The position numbers were made by a program, and so were the translations under genes. Below, one piece after another: positions 53,987 to 64,000 of a stretch of 64,000 nucleotides of DNA. This stretch comes from Octopus bimaculoides (lineage: Eukaryota), in the NCBI RefSeq assembly GCF_001194135.2, contig NC_068983.1, forward strand, positions 159,715,917-159,779,916, in the 5' to 3' direction. A model generated the notes under the pieces. It was not told where the DNA came from. It searched no databases and saw nothing but the letters and a program-made list of their open reading frames with translations. The first letter of the stretch is position 1. Each line of letters opens with the position of its first letter.

Positions 53987-54883
53987 GTATGTGGGTATAT
54001 TTACTGCATGAAATATTAAAAAGGTCAAACAGGATGCCATATGTGGTATGATAAAAATAAAAATAAGCAAATCAATCGGTGACATTTTGGTAAAGTTTTT
54101 CCTTTAGTCTCTTCATAACTTTCATAGAATGAATAACTGGAAATATGCAAAAATATATATTTACTGGCATAGCAAAAACACCATCATTTAAAAATTTGAA
54201 AATTCTGAGGTTAAATGATACTAACTATCGTTTAATAAAATTTTCTCCTCAACGCGTATTTTATTTTACTATATGAATACACTATGTATTACTATGCTAT
54301 CACTTATTTACATGCTAAATGTTATGCAGATGTTGGTTCAGAATTCTTTAATTTTTACATATAGCCAACGTGTATACGAAGCTTCGTCGTTACTTAGTAC
54401 ATCAATTTTCATCGCATTTTCTACCACACGGTGGGAACTACATTGTAACACCTCTGTCTGACACAATCATTTGAACAGTATCTCCTCACAAAATTTGTTT
54501 TAATTTAGTAATAACAGGCTCTGGCGGAATAGTCGAAAGAGAGACAATAAAAGGAATTAAAAGTTGGAAAGCTGCCAATAGTTGCTTAATTTTGATTTTG
54601 GCAACAACCATTTGTAAGAATCTCTGCCAACTTTACAGTTCAATTTTAGTCCAGTTAAGAGAACATGGTGTAAATCAATGGTATCCGGACGCAAATTGAA
54701 TTTAGCTATTGCTGATGGGTACAGGAAACATATATCACAATTATATTTTGCTTTTCTCTCGACAGGAAATTTAACTGATGTTGTGTTTTCGAGCCAGACG
54801 TTAATGTCTACGAGTGTAACTAGATTATTCGGCAAAATAGCGCACGAACATGCCTAATTATATTTTTCAAAGTATGTATGTAT

Positions 54884-54943
<60 letters not shown>

Positions 54944-56056
54944 TCACATATTATGTATGTATGTATGTATGTATGTATGTATGTATGTATGTATGTATGT
55001 ACGTATGTATGTATGTATGTATGTATGTACGTACGTATGTATGAATGTATAAAACGCGCAGCTTATTGTGAAGCGAGTCTACTTATAGAAATATAACATA
55101 TAAAACTAAGATATTTTTACTCTCTATTTTTACATGGTTATCTACCAAATTGACTGATGGATATGAATGCTGTTGATTAAATATTAGTTTTTAAAAATTA
55201 CTGAAAAAAATTGGAGATTGCTTCTAACATTTATGTATCAACTAACAGTCACGTACATTTGATAAAAGATGTAATCACCAAAAAGACTACACTACATTCT
55301 ACGTTTAAAACGAAGTTATCTGAAATTGTCGGGTTTTGATGCTTGACTTCAATCTGTGGTTCAGTAAATGTGTTTACACAAGGAAAAGTAACAATAGCAA
55401 CCAACATAAACATCTTGCAATATTTCTGTCTTCAATCGGTATTGAATTTAGGCATTCATACTTAATAATTAAACATTTCAAACATCTAAAATGAGAATAT
55501 GGAAACATTTGAATAAGCTATACCCTTGAGGCAGAAACCGACATTGCAGTGTAATCTGTACAATAATAGAACAATTCAAAGAACTACAATGCAATATAGT
55601 ACACTTGACGTGGAAAATAATACAATAGATATTACAATAGAAAAACATAACAGAATCTCAATGCCATCATATTTCTATAATTCATCATATTATGTGTGTT
55701 GATAAACATGTTTCCACCAAACAAAGACTACAATAACAGTTATATTAATTTTAAACAACATTACATATATTTTGCATTTAGTTGAAATTGCTCAGCAGAT
55801 TCATACATGCATACACACATTCATTAATGTATAAGTACTTACATAAATACATACACATACACAAGCATATACATATATATATATGTATATATATATATAT
55901 ACACATATATATATATACCCCCCCCCACATATATATATATATATGCCTAAATGCGTGTGTATGTATACAATATATTATACACACACACACACATATATCA
56001 TATATATTGTTGGTGCTGTTAACATTATTATTAATATTAATATTATATTCATTATT

Positions 56057-56215
56057 AAGGTGCTGAGCTGGCAGAATCGTTAGAATGCAGAGCAAAATTC
56101 ATACTGGCATTGTTTTCCAACCTTTCGGGGTGGATCAAATATGTATCAGAGTACTGGAGTCGAGGTTTTCGACCATCTCCCCCCCCCCCCTAGAAATACT
56201 TGGCCTTGCCTCTAT
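56057..56215 (+). mobile_element. SINE family B, internally deleted
   Basis: aaggtgctgagctggcagaatcgttag...ctttcggggtggatcaaat. Confidence 0.7.
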
Positions 56216-56659
56216 CATTCAACCACGGTAGTGTTTGAATATATTCTTGAGTCCACCATTTCATCAATCGCAGCAGCTTCCAAGCTTCACCACTAATTCA
56301 GTTCTCAACTAAATTGCAAATTGTTAATAGTTTTAAAGAGGACATCTCCTCAGCTACACTTTGGCGCAAATAGTTTGAAATGTGGTTCAGTAAGAAAAAA
56401 AGGTAAATCAAAATATCTGTGACCTCAAGGAGAGCAGTAAGACAGGTAGTCATCTTCAATTAACATAAATTTTTTTAATTTTAAAATAAAAGTATACTTT
56501 TATTAGGCTTAAATGATAAAAAAATGCATGATGAATTCAGAATTGTTAGTCGCATTGAATAAAAATAAGTAGAAAGTTATGGGGTCAAATGTAAGAAGTA
56601 ACGCTTGAGCAATAAGAATATAAAGACTATATTGCTAAAATGAACCTTTTGCATTTTAA

Positions 56660-56790
56660 GGCGGTGGGCTGGCAGACCCGTTAGCGCGCCGGGCTGAAAT
56701 GCTTAACGGTATTTCGCGTGTGTTTACATTTTGAGTTCAAATTCCGCCGAGGTCGACTTTTCCTTTTATCCATTTCGGATCTATTCAATT
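56660..56790 (+). mobile_element. SINE family B, 5' half
   Basis: ggcggtgggctggcagacccgttagcgcgccgggctgaaatgcttaacggtatttcg..gagttcaaattccgccgaggtcgactttt. Confidence 0.85.
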
Positions 56791-57889
56791 TCACGTACAG
56801 ATTTAATTAGTTTTTTTTTTGTTTTTAACTAAACACTTTGAAACTTCCGATACTGGTACAATGTGTCACATACAACAGGGTTTATTCTTAACGTTTTTGA
56901 CAAAATTTTGTATTTTAGACGTTATTTCGTCACAAGTTATAGTGTGAGAATGGACAAATTCGTGTTTGATAAGTGCCAATACACGAAGCTATCAGCTTTT
57001 AACTTATTCTCTAACTTCTTCCCATGATATATATACATATTATACATATATGTGTAAAAGAAATCTCATCACGCAATCAAACCAATGAAAGAGCCTTTAC
57101 CTGGTCGTTCGACACGCTAAAAATAGCAGCCAGTGTATCCCTCTACCTAAATCACTCGCCCATTGTACGTAATGTCCTACATTATCCCTAAAAAGACGGT
57201 TTGCTGACAGCTGGAATGTCTTTGATGATAGGTTTGTTGTATCAGGGTTGATTTGAGGCTAAATAACAACATTATGGTAAATTTCTATATTAACACCTGC
57301 ACGATTTTTACTAAGAAAAAAAAAAAAGGATTTTTTGCGGGGAATCAAGTACCCTGACCACCTAATATGCTGCAAATCCCTTATTTTGCTTCGGAAAAAA
57401 TGGGGGGGGGGCGAAGGGGTATCCCCCCAACCCCGGAATCATTGGAAATTTTTTTCGTTGAATGAATTCCTGTGATCTCCTAATATGCTACAAAATTCTT
57501 TGTGGATGGGTTATATCAAATAATTCAATCACAATATATATTTAAATTAAACTTGAAAAAAAAATTGAAATATTATCATCACTTACATGGAAAAATTGAA
57601 ATATTATCTTTCAGTATTTTATAAGGTAAAATCTAAAATCATTAATTGACACATTATTAATTATCTTATAACAGCAATGCCTGGAAAAATCATGGACTAC
57701 ATTGAAAAATGCGAGCATGAATAGTCATATTCTTAAGATTATAAACATGGAAAAGTACAGGACAAGTTATTACACCTGTAAAAGAATATGACAAGCTATT
57801 ACTTCAAGTAAAGTAAAGAATAAGAAACTTTTTACTTAAAATATTGCAGCTAAAATTAAAATTTGAATATTCAAAATTATTTTATTATA

Positions 57890-58450
57890 TTGGGTTGGCA
57901 ACTAAGTTCCCGACGTCTTTTAAAATTTATTTTCTTAAAAGTTTTAATAAAAATAACAACTAATTAATTAATAATGTATTCACTCTTGTCTACAACTTCT
58001 TCCTAACGTTCAACAAGGTTTTCAATACCTCGTTGGTAGAAATCACCTGATTTCGACTCGAAAAATTGATCCAACAAAGCTCTCAATTTTGCATCAGTAA
58101 TGAACGAAACTCTGCGCATAGAATTTGAAAGAGATCGAAAGAGGGGGAAATCCGTTGGTGCAAAATCTGGAGAGTACGGTGGGTGTGGCAGCACTTCCCA
58201 GTTATGCGTCTGAATGGCTTCCTTGGTCATATTGGCAATATGAGACCGGGCGTTGTCGTGCAGCAGAAGAACTCCATGATTACGATTAGGTATTTTCTCT
58301 TGAATAGCCGTGTTGAGTTTCTCCATCTGTTGAACATAGAGTTCCACTTTGACCGTTTGGCTCCGTTCAAGCAGTTCGTAATGGATAATCCCTTCCCAGT
58401 CCCACCCTACGCACAATATCGTTTTACGCAGATGAAGATCTTGTTTCACT
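57890..58450 (-). mobile_element. 3' half of mariner (DD34D) transposon with one TIR
   Basis: LCVGWDWEGIIHYELL, LLLHDNARSH, WEVLPHPPYSPDFAPTDFPLFRSL; TA-ttgggttggcaactaagtt TIR at 57890. Confidence 0.92.
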
Positions 58451-58642
58451 CGCGGTGTCGCTTGAATTGAAAATTCGCCCCAAAAGGGGACAAGTCAGCA
58501 AGAGTCCAGTCGGCCTCGCCACAGAAATGTGAAAAAATTTCAGATACAACAATAGTATCTGTGAAAATTGCACAAAAACTTACACCTCACGAACACGTCC
58601 TTTCTCTTTGGAATTCACTAACAGAGTTTGAATGATAATAAT

Positions 58643-58714
<72 letters not shown>

Positions 58715-59059
58715 CAATACTCACGAAAAAGTGATAATTAAGAAATAATCTTACTGGCAACGACATCGAAGTGGAGCAAGCTAACACAAGGATATAACTG
58801 CAAGAAATAATTTTAAAACGTAATTACATAACGTATACTGAACTAATTCGTCGATAAAATATGCTAATGTACATGGTTATTAACATATTACTCATTTAAA
58901 TATATTCTAATACATTTAAATAATGTTGTTATTAATTTAGAACTATATCCAGGAGAACGAGTTATACATAGCAGCAAAGAATATAATACAGCAAAAACTT
59001 CATAAACTAGAAACACTTAAGCAAGTATCTCCCTTACCATAATTAGCGTTACTATGAAG

Positions 59060-59300
59060 TCCAAACAAGCAACACACACTTTATTGTATTATATAAACAA
59101 CAAACCCACCATGAATCAAGAAACTAAGAACCCCAAAAGAAGTTCAACCTCTATTTCTGCTCTATTTAATATTATCCCAAAACTTAGTCAAAGAAGAGAA
59201 AATCGCATAAACTTCAAAGGATATCTACACATATTTCTTCAAAGAATACAATGAAAACTTCCTATACCTGGATACAGCTCAGTAAAGAACAACTCTGCAC
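59060..59300 (+). mobile_element. Decayed Penelope-like linker fragment
   Basis: LFNIIPKLSQ..RINFKGYLHIF../KNTMKTSYTWI resembles the PLE linker LHKIFNRNTVKISYSCM. Confidence 0.45.
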
Positions 59301-59818
59301 TTGAGTGTGCTGTGATACCACTAAACTTAAAAGTAATTTAACAGACTCTATCAATCGGGACTATGATGTTAGACATAGTCTCAGCTAATTTTAGCCGGAA
59401 CGTATCTAAGTTTATCTCAGTTTATATATAAATTACGATCACAGTAAGAAAAAAATTCCGATTCTTCGTTTTGTGTTCCTACAACATGGACATGTATTAT
59501 TTGATTCTGGTCAGTTCAGAGAACCATAAAAACTGAAAACGCAGTCGTCTTTGAGAAGTGAGTCTTGGTTGGAATACATACATAAATACATACATACATA
59601 CACCCTTATATATATACATACATATATATATATACGCCAATACACACACGTATGCATATATGTGCGCGTATGAAAAATGTTTTATTTATATGGTCACACA
59701 AAAATATTTCTACCCAAATATCAAAACTATACTATTATTTATTTATGTACGCATATTTGTGCATATTTTAACTAATAAAAAAATTAAATATATATACTCG
59801 TACATGCATTTATATATA

Positions 59819-60066
59819 CAGTAATCCCTCAACAATAGTGGGTGTTACGTTCCAAAACCCATTGTGATAGGTGAAAGTCTGCGGAGTAGAAGCAGTACTG
59901 TACTGTATATTTTTTTCATTATTTTTATAATTTGTATATATTTATTTTATTATAAATGTAAAACAACATCACGGAAAATCGACGCAAGCTTAATTAATAA
60001 ACCGCGACAGGTGAACCGCGATAGGTGAACCGCGATAGGTGAACTGCGATATGGCGAGGGATTACT

Positions 60067-60067
<1 letters not shown>
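59819..60067. mobile_element. pogo/Tigger-like MITE with TA target duplication
   Basis: TA-cagtaatccctc ... gagggattactg-TA (perfect 12-bp TIR); internal 14-bp tandem gaaccgcgataggt, about 3.5 copies. Confidence 0.85.
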
Positions 60068-60108
<41 letters not shown>

Positions 60109-60353
60109 TTAATATCCAGAAACCCGGGTCCGTGCGTATCACGTCAGATCGACGATGGGAAGGATGACTTCCCTTTGCAAATACCGACAGGGCACAGAAA
60201 GTGTGTCAATAACCATGCTGGAGGAGATGTTCTCCTGGGGCTACAAGCTACAATAGCATTCACCCTTAGGGGTTAGCCGCATTTAAGTGGAAAATATACT
60301 TCATGTTGTCGTGTAGCTACTGTTTATACCTCGTTCAGAGATTTATAATTGCT

Positions 60354-60388
<35 letters not shown>

Positions 60389-60914
60389 ATGAAAAAATGA
60401 GTAGAGATGACTTTTTGGGGCGGGGTGGGGATAATTATTATTTTAATCTTAATAATAATGTTTACAGTGAGTTACTCAGATATGAGTTTCGAGCTTCAAG
60501 TAGCCGTTTCGAACTCTATTCTTTATTAACCATTACTGTCGAAGATACAAAGGGGACGTACTGGACAGATTTGGTAGAAAAGCCAAAGCTGGAAAGCGCC
60601 TCATTAGATGGCAAAAATCGAAAGGTCTTAATATTTGATCTTGTCCGCGTTTCTGAGTTGACAGACAAGGGCTCAGGGGCCGATTGTTATAGCAATATGA
60701 AAGAAAACATGATTAAAAATTACTGATAAAATATATAAATATCAAATGCAATAACAAAATGGAGGGACGTAGGCAACTCCACAAACTACGTCCCAACATT
60801 GATGCCTTGGTAATATGTATATGGTCTCGCTCAAGCAAGTTCATTCACTCTAAGCATGCTAGCAACGTTCTACCATTTTTTTTCATACATACTTGGTGAC
60901 AAGCATCTCTTCTC

Positions 60915-61255
60915 CAGCCTCCTAAGAAGACCGAGTGCAGATATGAATAGCATATGGGAAGCGGTATTATGGAAGGATAGAAAAATATTACAATTATAAG
61001 TCCTAAAATTCACGCCCTAATTGCCCACGGGCATATGGCGTAGTGGTTAGGAGCACGGGCTACTAACCCCAAGATGCCAAGTTCGATTCCATTCCTGAAT
61101 AATGAAAATAATAACATCGAAAGATACCTTAGGAATGAGGACCCAGGTTCGAAATTTCTCCAAGACACCTGATGAAGGCTGGAGGGTATATCAGGCGAAG
61201 CGTTGTGTTAACAAACACGACGTGGACAAATATCCGTCGAATGTAAATAATTTAA
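60915..61255 (+). mobile_element. PLE 3' module copy 3 (ORF end, tRNA-like head, hammerhead motif)
   Basis: cctcctaag..cgagtgcagatatgaatagcatatgggaa..ggtatta matches 33692-33745; head at 61029-61090; hammerhead-like motif at 61164-61209. Confidence 0.88.
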
Positions 61256-61711
61256 ATAAACTACCCCCCCCCAAAAAAAAGTCATCTCTCCTAATTTTTT
61301 TCAACACTACATATAATACTGTACCAAGAACTTTCTATTTACTATATATATACATGTATGTATATATATATATATATGTATGTTTGTATATATATATATA
61401 TATATATAAACAAATAGTAAATGAGTATATGCATATATACGTACAGGTATGTGCATACCGACATCCACCTGTATGTATAGGGGCATATATGTTAATATAT
61501 AAGCATATATACATATNNNNNNNNNNNNNNNNNNNNNNNNNNNNNNNNNNNNNNNNNNNNNNNNNNNNNNNNNNNNNNNNNNNNNNNNNNNNNNNNNNNN
61601 NNNNNNNNNNNNNNNNNNNNNNNNNNNNNNNNNNNNNNNNNNNNNNNNNNNNNNNNNNNNNNNNNNNNNNNNNNCAGCCTACCATATGTATATATACATA
61701 TGTACATATAT

Positions 61712-61755
<44 letters not shown>

Positions 61756-62022
61756 ATATACCCGAAACTTTTATTTAACTAAAAGTAATGTCAAAAAATA
61801 CGTTAACAACATAGAAAACTTTGGCTTATGTTGTGTGTTTGAAAAGATAATGACACCGCACTTTCCATGCAGACATCGTCGTATCATCTTTATATCTACC
61901 ATCATGGGTGTATGTGTGTGTGTGTGTTTGTGTTTGCATGTATTTATGAAAATTCATTCACATGATGTCAAATTTGGACATTTGTCATGTAAGGAGAGTG
62001 TATTAAGAAGATGTTTGTGTGT

Positions 62023-62070
<48 letters not shown>

Positions 62071-62230
62071 GTGTGTGTGTGTGTAAGTATGTGTGCGTCT
62101 GAGCATGAAAATATATGTGGACTCATATGCACACACACGCAAACAGACATATATTAAATGTGTATATATATGTTCACGGTGGTGCACCAGCATGACCGCA
62201 GCCACTTGGCTGAAACACATAAATAAATAA

Positions 62231-62271
<41 letters not shown>

Positions 62272-62337
62272 NNNNNNNNNNNNNNNNNNNNNNNNNNNNN
62301 NNNNNNNNNNNNNNNNNNNNNNNNNNNNNNNNTGTGC

Positions 62338-62395
<58 letters not shown>

Positions 62396-62479
62396 TTGTG
62401 TGTGTGTTTGTGTGCGTGTGTGCGTGTGTGTGTGTGTTCGTCAGTATGTATGATTGTTTGTATATGGTTGATATATGTA

Positions 62480-63231
62480 TGCTTTGATATGAAAATTCTT
62501 TTCACAAAGTTTATGACGGAACACTATGACTCAAACTTCACGATCTTTGTATGGTTGGAAACCTAGATGATCGATAGCGTGACTTGCTAAAAGACAAGAG
62601 CCATATTGGTAAAACGTCTTTGTCCTCTCGGCACAATCCTCAATTTAGCATATTGTAAATGCTCCTGGGAACGTTACCGCTTGTAGTAGCAATTTCAAAC
62701 TTACTCTTCGTTGTCAACACAACACTAATGCTGATGATTATAAGGTATCGAAAAAGGATCCGAAGATATTCAACATTTACGGCAGTAACCAGACGAGCTG
62801 AAGGAAAGATACATGAAATGTAATTTTTCTTTTACTTGTTTTACACCAGCTGTGACGGTCATGGCAGGTCTTCCACATCTCTCATCGTCTCCCAGGGACT
62901 TACTTCCCCTTTTCAAGCCCTAGGTCCGCTCGAAACATTGCGTATGACCCATTTCCTCTTTACCGTAAACTTAACGAATCATGCGCAATGTCTCTGCAGC
63001 AGATTTCCCAAGTTTAACGTAAAATTTTGCACTGGCTGTTTGTTTCTATTTATAACATAATCGCAGACTACAGCATACACGTGATCACAAACAAAAAACA
63101 AATTTCACAACACACGAAGCAAACACAGTGATGTCACTCGGCACTGCTGGCTCTCAATGCGTACGCAACCGTGTACTGCTATCTGTTGGCGTGCAACAGA
63201 ACTCATCCGGGAACTTTTTGATACCACCTCG
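62480..63231 (-). mobile_element. Decayed mariner 5' half with TIR (same family as 15742)
   Basis: Reverse strand TA-cgaggtggtatcaaaaagttcccgg; KQTASAKFYVKLGK; shares tgtgatcac.tgtatgctgtagtctgcgattatgt with 15900-15935. The lower boundary is uncertain. Confidence 0.7.
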
Positions 63232-63967
63232 TATGTATGTATAGGTACATAAAACAACAATTACAGTATTCGTTACTCCTCGAAGTACCTTTTTAAGAGA
63301 ATTAGTTCATACTGTTTGAATACCCAACGAAGTTTCTGGGATATTAAATGTATTACATTCATTTAATCTTTTAAAACCACGTCCTTGTATTTTGATCAAG
63401 ATAATCTAATGTACACATAACAAAAGTCATTAAGAATATCACTCTAGTCTAGGCATGCTATAAACAGGACTCTTGTTATTTTGTATTTTCACCTTCATTT
63501 AAGCGTCCTCTACGTTTTCCTTTACCAAAATTTTGACTTACATCCCCAACGCTAATAGGTTTGTTGGGTTAAAGATATTTTATATGGTTTTGTCTAACCA
63601 TATTTGTACTGGAATTTCTAATCTGCCGCTATCGATTCCTTGGCCACTATCAATTCCTTGATATGCAGATCTCATTCGTTCTATGTTTGGAAATTGATCA
63701 CCTTTCCAATACTGAAGTGCACCCCTGTTGATTGACATTCCTGTTTCTAATCATTTACGTGTTAGGTTTTTTACCATCGTTTACAGAGTATGATGCATTA
63801 TGAAACCCAACGGAACACTTCCAGATCCTAGCTTAGCTCTACATTTCAAACACAACATTTTCCATATTGTAGATTTATATACTATGAGCTACAAAATAAA
63901 ATCTTTGCAGTACTTCAAATTCTTGGTCTATTGAGAGTTACTCCAAAATCTTTTCTGNNNNNNNNNN

Positions 63968-64000
63968 TACACGACGGGCTTCTTTCAGTTTCCGTCTACC
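63968..64000 (-). mobile_element. SINE family A fragment at the window edge
   Basis: acgacgggcttctttcagtttccgtctacc matches 1529-1556. Confidence 0.8.

Noticed and set aside
54557-54835. 92-aa minus-strand ORF, also 14853-15089 and 23385-23630
   Set aside because: Lengths are within chance expectation; no motif and no convincing pair of splice sites.
33029-62505. Long ORFs containing X runs (e.g. 35871-37262, 44902-45747, 61102-61782)
   Set aside because: Their length comes from assembly N gaps. Only the PLE-derived part of 33029-33184 is meaningful.
62731-62753. CTGATGA...GAAA spacing resembling a hammerhead
   Set aside because: No helix II or helix I pairing; it lies on the opposite strand of a mariner relic.

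Overview
AT-rich, repeat-saturated eukaryotic scaffold with 11 N-gaps. The SINE families and the AT/CA/TCTA/AAT microsatellite load look like an octopod cephalopod genome, probably Octopus (recognition only, not searched). I found no confidently identifiable host gene, so this is probably a large intron or intergenic DNA; a few splice-bounded exon candidates are listed at low confidence. The window holds decayed mobile elements: R4/Dong-like RLE LINE pieces beside (AAT)n-type arrays, CR1/L2-group LINEs, two near-full-length Tc1/mariner elements with TIRs, mariner relics, a pogo/Tigger-like MITE, a Gypsy gag fragment, three tRNA-derived SINE families and several Penelope-like (PLE) fragments. 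The most interesting signal is a PLE family whose 3' module carries a tRNA-like Pol III promoter (box A/box B), an (AAT)n spacer and a minimal type I hammerhead ribozyme motif. It has three copies (one lacks the tRNA-like head), each with a different lesion, and their consensus core is intact. Other notable items: a second hammerhead type next to (TAACCC)n repeats, a ~140-bp-arm inverted duplication at a PLE 5' end, and a patchwork junction containing a 28S rRNA fragment plus a 40-bp copy of sequence found 2.6 kb away. Most boundaries are estimated by eye (roughly +/-20-50 bp unless TIRs or motifs are quoted).
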